Assembly (NCBI GenBank): GCA_043807425.1
Contig: JAZDFZ010000019.1
Coordinates: forward strand, 27,436 to 91,435
Length of the DNA: 64,000 bases
DNA from: Actinomycetota bacterium
Lineage (GTDB): Bacteria; Actinomycetota; Geothermincolia; Fen-727; Anoxymicrobiaceae
Reading direction: 5' to 3'
Shown: positions 1 through 8,692 of the stretch, in pieces
How positions within the stretch are numbered: the stretch's first letter is position 1
How the letters are laid out: each line of letters begins with the position of its first letter
The notes under the pieces: generated by a model
What the model saw: the letters and a program-made list of their open reading frames with translations, nothing else
What the model was told of the DNA's origin: nothing
Databases searched by the model: none
Translations under genes and position numbers: made by a program

Positions 1-1000
1 GAACGCGGTCTCCGACCTGCTGCTGGTGCAGGATTGGCTGGGCTGGGAGAAGGGCAAGGGAGTGGCCCTGTCCGGCTTCCCGTTCTTCCACGTGGCCGGA
101 CTGTTCTTCAACGAGAACTGCATCTACCTGGGGTGGACCCAGGTCCTCATCCCCAACCCGAGGGACACCGACCACATCTGCAAGGAGCTGGCCAAGTACA
201 GGCCGACCGCGCTGGTCAACGTACCCTCGCTGTTCCAGATGCTCATCGCCAACCCGAAGTTCATGGAGCTCGATCACTCCAACATCGAGGTATGCGTCAC
301 CGCCGCCGCGCCCTTCCCCGAGGAGTCCCAGAAGCAGCTCGAAAGCGTCGTGGGGAAAGGCAAGCTGATGGAGGTCTACGGGATGACCGAGACCTCCCCG
401 CTGACGGCGATGAACCCGTACCGGGGAGTGAAAAAGCTCGGCAGCATCGGCCTGCCGCTGCCCAACACCGACATCAGGCTGATCGACCCCGACACCGGCA
501 GGGAGGCCGCGCTCGGCGAGCCCGGCGAGATATGCGTCAAGGGGCCCATGGTCATGCCGGGGTACTACAACAAGCCCGAGGAGACGGCCCTAGTCTTCGA
601 CTCCGAGGGATACCTTCACACCGGTGATGTGGCGGTACAGGACCCCGAGGGCTATCTCAGGATCGTGGACCGGACCAAGGACATGATCATCGTGAGCGGA
701 TTCAAGGTGTTCTCCAAGAAGGTCGAGGAGGTCCTGGCCGAGCACCCCGCGGTGGACATGGTCGCACTCATCGGCGTTCCCAATCCCGAGCGTCCGGGGT
801 CGGAGCTGGTGAAAGCCCTGGTCACACCCGTTCCCGGGAACAAGTTCCAGGGCGACGACGAGGCCCTTAAAGCGGACATCATGAAGATGGCGAAGGACAA
901 GCTGACCCCCTACGAGGTCCCCAAGACGATCGAGATACGGCAGGAGCTGCCGCTGACCGCCGTCGGTAAGGTCGACAAGAAGGTCCTCAGGAAGGAATAA
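1..1000 (+). CDS. Long-chain fatty-acid--CoA ligase (AMP-binding), 5'-truncated by window edge
   Basis: YGMTETSP, GEICVKGPMVM, LHTGD, RIVDRTKDMI and LPLTAVGKV adenylate-forming motifs; frame is open to the window start. Confidence 0.9.
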   Translation, partial: NAVSDLLLVQDWLGWEKGKGVALSGFPFFHVAGLFFNENCIYLGWTQVLIPNPRDTDHICKELAKYRPTALVNVPSLFQMLIANPKFMELDHSNIEVCVTAAAPFPEESQKQLESVVGKGKLMEVYGMTETSPLTAMNPYRGVKKLGSIGLPLPNTDIRLIDPDTGREAALGEPGEICVKGPMVMPGYYNKPEETALVFDSEGYLHTGDVAVQDPEGYLRIVDRTKDMIIVSGFKVFSKKVEEVLAEHPAVDMVALIGVPNPERPGSELVKALVTPVPGNKFQGDDEALKADIMKMAKDKLTPYEVPKTIEIRQELPLTAVGKVDKKVLRKE

Positions 1001-1148
1001 CGCGGGCGCGGGTCGGATGCCCGCAGAAGGCGGCTCATAGACCGGGAAGACCCGGGGATCATTCCTCGTCGGGGAAACAGGGCTCCGCCGGGCTGCACTC
1101 CCTGTCATGGAACTCGAGGAATATCGACGGTGTCTCCGGGGAGGGGAA

Positions 1149-3053
1149 ATGGACTCAGACAGGATCTCGTACCACGAATCGGTGCGCCGGATATACGCCG
1201 AGCGCATAAAGCCGGACGGCGTCACCAACATCTGGGACCGCTACGAGGCCCAGGGGATCGGCGCGCCGGACAAGCGGTGTCCGTTCTGCATGGCCGGGAC
1301 CCGTTGCGACCTCTGCTCCAACGGGCCCTGCCGCTCCGACGCGGCGAAGGACAAGAGGGGCGTCTGCGGCATCACCGCGGACGGAATGGCCATGCGCATG
1401 ATGCTCTTGCGAAACGTATTGGGGGCCTCCACATACCATTACCACACGGAGCAGACCGTGAGGACCCTGCGCGCCACCGCCCTGGGGGAAGCGCCCTACA
1501 GGATAAGCGAGCCCGACAAGCTGCTGTCGTTCGCGGCGCGGCTCGGCGTTGACATCCGCGGCTCGGGTCCCGACGTCGCGGTGCGCTTCTGCGACCTGGT
1601 GACCGAGGACTTCAACCGTCCGGCGGACCGGCCGAGCCTCATAGTCGAGGCACTGGCCCCTCCCGAGCGCAAGGAACTCTGGAGGGATCTGGACATCTTC
1701 CCGGGGGGCATCTACGGCGAGATGATGAAGTCCACCAGCTCCTGCCTGACCAACGTCGACGGCTACTACCGGAGCCTGGCGCTCAAGGCCATGCGCATGG
1801 GCGTAGCCATGGCCTACCAGAGCCAGATAGTCAACGAGTACGGCATGGACATCCTGTACGGCGTGCCGCGCCCTCACCGGATGAGGGTGGACCTGGGCGT
1901 GCTGGATGCCGACTACGTGAACGCGCTGGTCAACGGGCACGAGCCGTTCCTCGGGTTCGCCATGGTCGAGAGGGCCAGGTCTCCCCACTGGCAGGAGCGG
2001 GCGAGGGCCACCGGGGCGAAGGGCCTGCGGGTGATCGCGAACATCGAGACCGGCCAGGAGATGATACAGCGCTGGGAGATGGACGACGTCTTCTACGGGT
2101 TCACCGGCAACTGGATAATGCAGGAGGCGGTCATGGCCTCGGGATGCGTGGACCTGTTCGCGGCGGACATGAACTGTTCCATGCCTATTGACCCGATCTA
2201 CGCGGAGAAGTATGGGTTCAAGCTGATCCCGGTGAGCGACCTGGTCGCGTTCGAGGGTATATCCGACCGGCTGGACTACGTGCCCGAGGAGGCTGGGGCG
2301 CAGGCCGACCGGCTGCTGGAGATGGCCGTCGAGAACTTCGGAGGGCGTAAGGCCGCCATCCGGCCTTTCACCGGCCAGCCGATGGGCGAAGCCGTGGTCG
2401 GATTCTCCACTGAGAGCATCCTGGAGGCGCTCGGCGGCACGCTCGAGCCGTTGCTCGACGCGATAAAGGAGGGCGGCATCCGGGGCGTGGCCGGGATGGT
2501 GTCCTGCACGAGCCTTCGCGACAACGCGCACGATTCGCACACGGTGGCGGTCGCCCGCGAGCTTATCAAGCGGGACGTCCTCGTGTTATCCATGGGGTGC
2601 GGCAACGGGGCTGTCCAGGTTGCGGGGTTGTGCCTCCCCGAGGCCGCGGAGCAGGCGGGGCCGGGGCTCAAGGCGCTGTGCGCCGGGCTGGGGATCCCAC
2701 CGGTGCTCAGCTACGGCACCTGCACGGACACAGGAAGGGTGGCCGACCTCATCGCCGCCGTCTCGGACGCGCTGGGCGGCGTGCCGGTACCCTACCTGCC
2801 GGTGGTGGCCTGCGCTCCGCAGTACATGGAGCAGAAGGCGACGATCGACGCCGTATTCGCGCTGGCTTTCGGGCTGTACACTTACGTGCACCCGGTGCCA
2901 ACCGTCACCGGCGCACCCAACCTGGTCCGGATGCTGACCGAGGAACTGCCCGGGATCACCGGCGGCGTTCTCCACCTCGAGAACGACGCGGAGGAGGCGG
3001 CGGAGGGTATGCTCGCGCACATAGAGGCCAACAGGGCCAAGCTGGGGCTCTAG
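1149..3053 (+). CDS. cooS: Anaerobic carbon-monoxide dehydrogenase catalytic subunit family (CooS), atypical C-cluster variant
   Basis: CPFC..CDLCSNGPC..GVCG cluster motifs; NGHEP, DMNC, VSC, MGCG, YGTCTD, EQKA; GGAGGG RBS before ATG 1149. Confidence 0.9.
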   Translation: MDSDRISYHESVRRIYAERIKPDGVTNIWDRYEAQGIGAPDKRCPFCMAGTRCDLCSNGPCRSDAAKDKRGVCGITADGMAMRMMLLRNVLGASTYHYHTEQTVRTLRATALGEAPYRISEPDKLLSFAARLGVDIRGSGPDVAVRFCDLVTEDFNRPADRPSLIVEALAPPERKELWRDLDIFPGGIYGEMMKSTSSCLTNVDGYYRSLALKAMRMGVAMAYQSQIVNEYGMDILYGVPRPHRMRVDLGVLDADYVNALVNGHEPFLGFAMVERARSPHWQERARATGAKGLRVIANIETGQEMIQRWEMDDVFYGFTGNWIMQEAVMASGCVDLFAADMNCSMPIDPIYAEKYGFKLIPVSDLVAFEGISDRLDYVPEEAGAQADRLLEMAVENFGGRKAAIRPFTGQPMGEAVVGFSTESILEALGGTLEPLLDAIKEGGIRGVAGMVSCTSLRDNAHDSHTVAVARELIKRDVLVLSMGCGNGAVQVAGLCLPEAAEQAGPGLKALCAGLGIPPVLSYGTCTDTGRVADLIAAVSDALGGVPVPYLPVVACAPQYMEQKATIDAVFALAFGLYTYVHPVPTVTGAPNLVRMLTEELPGITGGVLHLENDAEEAAEGMLAHIEANRAKLGL

Positions 3054-3060
3054 CCCGTGC

Positions 3061-3396
3061 TCAAGGGCGATTCCCTGTTATCCGGTTCAGGAGCGAGCGG
3101 AGGAACTCGACGATTGTAGGGAAAAAGCCTTTCTTCCCGGCCAGCCTGGCGGCCCTTTCCTTCTCGTCCATGTACTGCTGGCACTCGGGGCAGTAGGGCT
3201 TGCCTTTCTTGACCGCGACACCGCATCTCTTGCATGAGCCCCTGGCGCCGGTAACGTCAACGGCTTCCCCGACTCCCCTCCCGGCACTCGGCCGCCGGAT
3301 GGAGCCGCACTTCTCGCAGATCCGGGTGAACCTCTCCATCTCGTGGCCGCAGACATGACAGGTGTACCTGTTCTGTTCCTGCTGCGGATTCTCCAA
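3061..3396 (-). CDS. Double zinc-ribbon small protein
   Basis: Four CxxC pairs (CHVC, CEKC, CKRC, CPEC); GGAGG RBS before TTG. Confidence 0.75.
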   Translation of the reverse strand: MENPQQEQNRYTCHVCGHEMERFTRICEKCGSIRRPSAGRGVGEAVDVTGARGSCKRCGVAVKKGKPYCPECQQYMDEKERAARLAGKKGFFPTIVEFLRSLLNRITGNRP

Positions 3397-3428
3397 GCGG
3401 TCCTCCTGCGGTGTTCGCGCCCGGGCCC

Positions 3429-3767
3429 CTAGAATTGCGGCTTCAGGCGGTTGATCATCTTCAGCAGGTCCTCGTGCGCCGGCATCGCCAGGCCGCCCCT
3501 CTGCGCCGGGAGTTCGATCACCACGATGGGCGACTCCTCGGCGAGGCGCCGTGTCCTCTCGTCGAGCACTTCCAGGAATTCCTCGTTGGCCAGTATCGCC
3601 TTTATGGTCGTGTCGTGAAGGAGCCGCTCGATCTCCCTGGCGCCCTCCTCCACCTTGTCGAAAGCCCTGAGCTCGGTGCCGGACAACAGGAAGCCGTCCG
3701 CGGTCTCACGATCCGTGATGACGACGACGCGCTTCTGCGGCGCCTTTTCTTCCCGCTGTCCTTCCAT
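3429..3767 (-). CDS. V/A-type ATP synthase subunit F family protein (orphan)
   Basis: VVITDRETADGFLLSG N-terminal signature and PIVVIELP C-terminal motif; 112 aa. Confidence 0.75.
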   Translation of the reverse strand: MEGQREEKAPQKRVVVITDRETADGFLLSGTELRAFDKVEEGAREIERLLHDTTIKAILANEEFLEVLDERTRRLAEESPIVVIELPAQRGGLAMPAHEDLLKMINRLKPQF

Positions 3768-3842
3768 CGAGTCGGATCCCCTTTCAGACGACCGGCCGTT
3801 GTCGCCACAGCCGGAGGCTCCCGTTGATACCGTTATTACCTG

Positions 3843-3869
3843 CTATCGGAAGATTCCCGGCCGACTTGA
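3843..3869 (-). promoter_or_regulatory. Candidate sigma28/WhiG-type promoter (TCAA-N15-TCCGATAG)
   Basis: Partial match to TAAA-N15/16-GCCGATAA, upstream of and co-oriented with the subunit F gene. Confidence 0.35.
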
Positions 3870-3938
3870 GGACTCCTCCACACGCGCCTCGAATATACAC
3901 CACGAGGCCGGGCCCCGCGGTGCGGATAGCGCAGGCCG

Positions 3939-4688
3939 TCATTTGACGAGCACGACTATCGCGCTGTCCCTCTTGCGCGCCACGCGGTAGGCCAGCAGCG
4001 ACAGGCGCAGCGGTGTCCTCATGACCGCCGCGGTGTCTACCCTGCTCAGGAGCCTCCGGGTGGGGGCCCTGAACATGCTGGCGACCAGCACGTTGGCGTG
4101 CGGGTATGTCTCGAACGACCTGAAACCCGCGGCCCGCCCGGAGGCAATGATGCGCTCCGGTTCCATGTCGCGCTCGGTGACGCCGTACATGCTGACGGCG
4201 TTCCTGGCCGGGAGGGTCTCGGCGTGTCCCCTGCCCGGCTCGCTGGTCACGCAGACGCCCCCGGTCCTCAGAGACCGGTACGCGCAGGCAAGGGCCGCTC
4301 GCTCGTCGGAGGAGTGGTGGAGGGAATCGTAGAAGACCGCGCAGTCGAACTCCGCGCCGGCGTCGAGGCTCTCGTAGTCCCCGACCGCGAAGCGCAGGTT
4401 GTCGAGCCCCTCGCGCTCCCCGGCCCGCCTGGCCAGCTCGATCATGTCCGGCGCGATATCCACCCCGGTGACGTCGTACCCGCGCCTCGCGAAGAAGACC
4501 GAGGTCCAGCCGGACCCGCAGCCCAGGTCGAGCAGCAGGGCGGGGGGTGGCGGCAGCAGGAGCATGACGGCGCCCATCTCCATGAGGTTGTCCGCGCAGG
4601 AATCGTCAGAGAACGGCTTGGCGGCGGCGTGCCGCGCCCCACCGTCCCCGAGATTCCCGAGGTACTCGATCTCACCCTGCTTGCTCAT
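3939..4688 (-). CDS. Class I SAM-dependent methyltransferase
   Basis: LLDLGCGSG motif I, VTGVDIA, FDCAVFYDSLHH, LRTGG. Confidence 0.9.
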   Translation of the reverse strand: MSKQGEIEYLGNLGDGGARHAAAKPFSDDSCADNLMEMGAVMLLLPPPPALLLDLGCGSGWTSVFFARRGYDVTGVDIAPDMIELARRAGEREGLDNLRFAVGDYESLDAGAEFDCAVFYDSLHHSSDERAALACAYRSLRTGGVCVTSEPGRGHAETLPARNAVSMYGVTERDMEPERIIASGRAAGFRSFETYPHANVLVASMFRAPTRRLLSRVDTAAVMRTPLRLSLLAYRVARKRDSAIVVLVK

Positions 4689-4799
4689 GACACCAATTCT
4701 ACAGAACCGCTATCCTCTTTGCTAAGAGGTATGGAACCGCGCGCGTTTGACCGATAATCTGTGTGTACGGGTAGGACCCCCGGACTTGAGGTGATGAGG

Positions 4800-5909
4800 A
4801 TGTACTGCGAACAGTGCGGCTCGACGGTCCCCGAGGGGAACAGGTTCTGCGAGAGTTGCGGGACCCTTCTCGACGCGGTGGAGGCCGGTGCCGCGGTCCA
4901 GCGCGCCCGCGGCGCTGTCCCGCCGGCCGTTGCTCCTTCAGCGGTCGGGGTCTCCTCCGGCGGCAGGAGGATCCCCACCTGGATGATAGCCCTCGTGACC
5001 GCCCTTTCGGTTCTGGTGGCGGGCGGAGCCGTCGTCGGTCTCGTGCTCGTTGTCGGGGGTGGACCGACCCTCGAGGCGAAGCTGGAGTCCATCGACCTGA
5101 CGAAGGCGAATGACGACGAGCTCGACCTTGACAAGGTCCCGCTGGATGTTGTGCTCAAGCTGACCGTGGCCTACACGGCCAGGTTCCCCGAGGACGGCAA
5201 GGCCAGGCTTTTCGTCAAGGTGGTGGATTCTGAGGGCTCCAACCTCATCAACAAGAGCGTCAAGTGCAAATCGAGCTCCTCGGAACAGGAGTACTCCATC
5301 GAGTATACGATGACTTCCGGCACCGGCAAGCCGCTGGACGTCGAGGCCAGGCTGGAGCTCGAGTCGGGGGAGGACAAGCGGGGTGACTCCGACGAGATGC
5401 AGTACACGGCCGAGGCCGGCGGCGGCAAGGCGGCTGAAGAGGAAGCTGAGGCGGAGGCTGAGAAGCAGCGACAGGTCGAGTGGGACGACGCCTGGCAGCG
5501 CGCTTACGACCGGACCAACGAGGCGGTTGCCGCGGTCGGGGACCTGAACAACAGCGCCATCGACGCCTCGGGGCTGCCCGACTACCTGGACAAGTGCTCG
5601 TTCCTTCTCGAGAACGCGACGAAGATAGAGCAGCTCGTGGGGGAACAGGACTCGGTCGCCTTCTACGCCAACTTCGTCATAGGCGAGTGCAACAACCGCA
5701 AGGCGGCCGCCGCGGCGGCCGCCGCGGCCGAAGAGGCCAGGCGCAACGCGCAGCCCGCGCCCTCTCCGTACCCCACCGATATCTGGGTCGTCTGCGGCAC
5801 CTGCGGCGGTACGGGCGGCTGGTGGATGACCGACGAGATGGGCTGGACCGGCTGGGTGACCTGCCAGGACTGCGGCGGCACCGGCTACGTCCTGGTCCCC
5901 AACGACTGA
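4800..5909 (+). CDS. Single-pass membrane protein with N-terminal zinc ribbon and C-terminal CxxCxGxG pair
   Basis: MYCEQCG..FCESCG, hydrophobic TM segment, poly-Ala linker, CGTCGGTG..CQDCGGTG. Confidence 0.8.
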   Translation: MYCEQCGSTVPEGNRFCESCGTLLDAVEAGAAVQRARGAVPPAVAPSAVGVSSGGRRIPTWMIALVTALSVLVAGGAVVGLVLVVGGGPTLEAKLESIDLTKANDDELDLDKVPLDVVLKLTVAYTARFPEDGKARLFVKVVDSEGSNLINKSVKCKSSSSEQEYSIEYTMTSGTGKPLDVEARLELESGEDKRGDSDEMQYTAEAGGGKAAEEEAEAEAEKQRQVEWDDAWQRAYDRTNEAVAAVGDLNNSAIDASGLPDYLDKCSFLLENATKIEQLVGEQDSVAFYANFVIGECNNRKAAAAAAAAAEEARRNAQPAPSPYPTDIWVVCGTCGGTGGWWMTDEMGWTGWVTCQDCGGTGYVLVPND

Positions 5910-5912
5910 CGA

Positions 5913-6007
5913 TGAGAATTCACCTCAACCATTATTTCTCAACTGAGAAATAATGGTTGAGGTGAATTCTCACTCAGTTGAGAAATAATGGTTGAGGTAA
6001 ATTCTCA
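5913..6007. repeat. AT-rich triple palindromic repeat (ACCTCAACCAT family) between convergent genes
   Basis: TGAGAATTCACCTCAACCATTATTTCTC followed by two reverse-complement copies; related hairpin at 46170-46217. Confidence 0.9.
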
Positions 6008-6826
6008 CTATTGCTTTCTGGCGGGGATGAGCACCTCCGTGCGGTACTCCGCCGGGTCCTGCACCTTGTCCGGGCCCACCAGGTAAACCTCGCGGGCCGG
6101 GCCGGCGGGCTCGTAGCCGTTCTCCTTCATCCAGGTCATCAAGGCCTCGTAAGCTCCGCCTACCTGGTCGTACGGCCCCGCGTGCATGGTGGAGACCGCG
6201 CTGCCGCCCGGGACCACGCGACCCACGACCTCGCCCGCGCCCTCCGTCTCGCCGGACACCGGCACGCAGATCTCCATGTCGATGTCCTCCTCCTTCATCT
6301 CCATGTCGTAGTACAGGGCGAACGGCGGCCCCGCGGGTGGCGTGCCCGTCTGCCCCAGGTACCCGAAGATCTTGCCGAACGCGACGCCGACTGCGTCGCC
6401 TATCCCGGCCATCGAGGTCTTGAACCTGATGGACAGTACCGGCTGGTTGGCGAGGTCCTTTGTCTCCACTTCGCTTCCCATAGCTTCTCCTTTCCTCTCG
6501 GTGAGGTCGTCTATCGATGAGATGATGGCGCGGTACGACTCCAGCCTGCTCTCGAGCTGGTCCCGGTGTCTCTCGAGGAGCTTCGTCCTGGCGCCCGGGG
6601 ACGTCTCCTTGAGGAACTCACGGACCTCCTCCAGCGGCATGTCCAGCGAGCGGAGCAGCCGGACAGTCCTGGCCTCGGGCAGCTGGATACTGCTGTAGTA
6701 CCGGTACCCGGTGGACGGGTCCACGAAACCCGGCTTGAGGATCCCCTCCTCGTCGTAGAGGCGCAGCGCTTTCACCGTCAGCCACGACATCCTGGAGAAC
6801 TCCCCGATACTGAACAGACCGTCCAT
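6008..6826 (-). CDS. MerR family transcriptional regulator with GyrI-like effector domain (BmrR-like)
   Basis: FSIGEFSRM..KALRLYDEEGILKP..TGYRYY HTH; C-terminal HAGPY..AY..GPAREVY. Confidence 0.92.
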   Translation of the reverse strand: MDGLFSIGEFSRMSWLTVKALRLYDEEGILKPGFVDPSTGYRYYSSIQLPEARTVRLLRSLDMPLEEVREFLKETSPGARTKLLERHRDQLESRLESYRAIISSIDDLTERKGEAMGSEVETKDLANQPVLSIRFKTSMAGIGDAVGVAFGKIFGYLGQTGTPPAGPPFALYYDMEMKEEDIDMEICVPVSGETEGAGEVVGRVVPGGSAVSTMHAGPYDQVGGAYEALMTWMKENGYEPAGPAREVYLVGPDKVQDPAEYRTEVLIPARKQ

Positions 6827-6848
6827 CCTCTCACCTCCTTCGCGCTCG

Positions 6849-6879
6849 ATTCTCAGCCCTCCCCCGGGGGGAGAGTCAA
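6849..6879 (-). promoter_or_regulatory. MerR-type promoter/operator: TTGACT-19 bp-GAGAAT with dyad in the spacer
   Basis: -35 TTGACT (6879-6874), 19-bp spacer containing CTCCCCC-N-GGGGGAG, -10 GAGAAT (6854-6849), directly upstream of the MerR gene. Confidence 0.75.
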
Positions 6880-6980
6880 GGGGCTCACGGATTATATCGT
6901 GGCGATTCTACCTCAGCTCCAGGGTCCCGGCCGACGGAGGTGTTGTACGATGTGTCCGTTGCCGAATGGAGGGAAACGGT

Positions 6981-7544
6981 ATGACGCTGTACGAGTTCGA
7001 GGGCCGCAGGCCGCGCGTGGGTAAGACTTCCTTCATCCACGACACCGCGGTGCTGATCGGAAGCGTGACGATCGGGGAGAATTGCCTGGTGTCCGCCGGG
7101 GCCTGCCTGCGCGCCGACTGGGGCGAGCTGATCGTGGGCGACGGCTCCAACATCCAGGAGAACGTGGTCATCCACGCGGGGTTCGGGGCGGTGATGTGCC
7201 TTGCGGCCAGCTCGCACGTCGGGCACGGCGCCATCCTCCACAACTGCACCCTCGAGGAGCACGTGATGGTGGGTATGGGGGCGATCGTCCAGGACCAGGC
7301 GGTCCTGGGCGCGGGGTCGGTGATCGGCGCCGGCGCGGTAGTCCTGCCCCGCACCGTGATACCACCCCGGTCGCTGGTCGTGGGTGTCCCCGCCCGTGTG
7401 ATCAGGGAGGTCGACGACGCGATGGCCGGGTTCACCTGGCATGGGACGCGGCTGTACCAGACGCTGCCCGGCCGCTGCTACGACGGGTTATGCGAGGTCT
7501 CGCTTGCAGAGTGCTTTGTCGAGCCTCCGCCGGACGAGACGTAG
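6981..7544 (+). CDS. Gamma carbonic anhydrase family hexapeptide-repeat protein (PaaY/CaiE-like)
   Basis: LRAD, SNIQENVVIH, VGHGAILHNC, GVPARVIR. Confidence 0.9.
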   Translation: MTLYEFEGRRPRVGKTSFIHDTAVLIGSVTIGENCLVSAGACLRADWGELIVGDGSNIQENVVIHAGFGAVMCLAASSHVGHGAILHNCTLEEHVMVGMGAIVQDQAVLGAGSVIGAGAVVLPRTVIPPRSLVVGVPARVIREVDDAMAGFTWHGTRLYQTLPGRCYDGLCEVSLAECFVEPPPDET

Positions 7545-7694
7545 CAGCAGCCCCGCCGCGAGCATCACGGGAAGCACGGCCAGGAACGGGACGCTGAACA
7601 CCTTCCGAAGCAGAATCTGTCGGGACGTGTAGTCGAGGTCGCGCCAGCCCACCAGGTCTCGCGACAGCTTCACCAGTCGACCGAGCAGGCTCAC
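7488..7694 (-). CDS. Possible small membrane-anchored protein
   Basis: GTG 7 nt after the methyltransferase stop; one hydrophobic helix; overlaps the gamma-CA 3' end by 57 nt. Confidence 0.3.
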   Translation of the reverse strand: MSLLGRLVKLSRDLVGWRDLDYTSRQILLRKVFSVPFLAVLPVMLAAGLLLRLVRRRLDKALCKRDLA

Positions 7695-7701
7695 AGCGGC
7701 A

Positions 7702-8685
7702 TCACGCCTTCCACCCCCAGGCAAAGAACCCGTTGCCGTAGCCGGCCGAGCTCAGGGGAGAGTCCGCCAGCTCGAGCATCCGGAACACCGGCCCGACGAA
7801 CCTCGCGCGTTTGAGCACCCGGTAGAAGAACCCGGGATAGACCTCGTCGAGTATCAGCGTGAACAGCGAGTGGAACGACTCGGTGCCGACGGCCCGCAAG
7901 CCCGCGTCCTCGAGGAGCGCGGCCAGCCCGGCGGGTTCCAGGAACCTGGCCGGGTCGTGTCCCGCCAGGTTGTCCATACCGAGGTTGTAGCGACCCCGCA
8001 GGAGAAGGCGCTCCCACCAGTGCCAGGTCCAGCGGTCGCGCGCCGACGGGGTGTAGATGAGCAGCCTGCCGCCCGGGCGGAGGACCCGGACCGTCTCGGA
8101 GACGAACCTGGCCGGATCGTCCACGTGCTCTATCACGTCGTAGGACACCGTGAGGTCGAAGGCGCCGTCGCGGAACGGCAGGTTCAGGGCGTCCGCCTCG
8201 TGGAAGCCGTGCCCGGAGGTGTTGCAGGCGATAGCGGCCTTGAGGCCCGCGTGTCCCAGGTCGATGCCGACCCCCGTGGTGCCGTAGGCGGCGACCATGG
8301 TGTCCAGGAGGGTACCGAGCCCGCACCCGACATCCAGGACTCTCTCGCCGGGCAGCGGGGCGAGCCGGTCGGCGACCTCTCGGGACTTGACGCCCTTCCA
8401 GTTGGGCGACAGGGCGCCGGAGGCCCGCGTGACCTCCACCGAGCCCTCGTTGTGAGAGCGGACCCGCTCGAGGTCCGAGTAGTCGGGCGGTGCGAGGTCG
8501 GGACGGTTCCCGTCGTAGATGTCCATCTGCCAGCGGGCGAACTCCCCCATCTTATCCGCGGCGACAAAGCTGGCGTGTCCCTCGAACACGGGGTACGAGC
8601 GACCGCAGGAGATGCAGGCGTACGACCCGGCATCGCAGGTGTCGGCCAGCTCTCCGCGACAGGCCGGGCAGACGAGGATGTCCAT
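7702..8685 (-). CDS. SAM-dependent methyltransferase with N-terminal Trm112-like zinc motif
   Basis: LVCPAC..CISCGRSYPV; VLDVGCGLG; LPFRDGAFD; VIEHV; RVLRPGG. Confidence 0.88.
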   Translation of the reverse strand: MDILVCPACRGELADTCDAGSYACISCGRSYPVFEGHASFVAADKMGEFARWQMDIYDGNRPDLAPPDYSDLERVRSHNEGSVEVTRASGALSPNWKGVKSREVADRLAPLPGERVLDVGCGLGTLLDTMVAAYGTTGVGIDLGHAGLKAAIACNTSGHGFHEADALNLPFRDGAFDLTVSYDVIEHVDDPARFVSETVRVLRPGGRLLIYTPSARDRWTWHWWERLLLRGRYNLGMDNLAGHDPARFLEPAGLAALLEDAGLRAVGTESFHSLFTLILDEVYPGFFYRVLKRARFVGPVFRMLELADSPLSSAGYGNGFFAWGWKA

Positions 8686-8692
8686 CCTTCTC

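Noticed and set aside
1149-3053. Evidence of a Wood-Ljungdahl or CO-oxidation locus
   Set aside because: No acs, cooC or cooF genes nearby, and the active-site residues are atypical.
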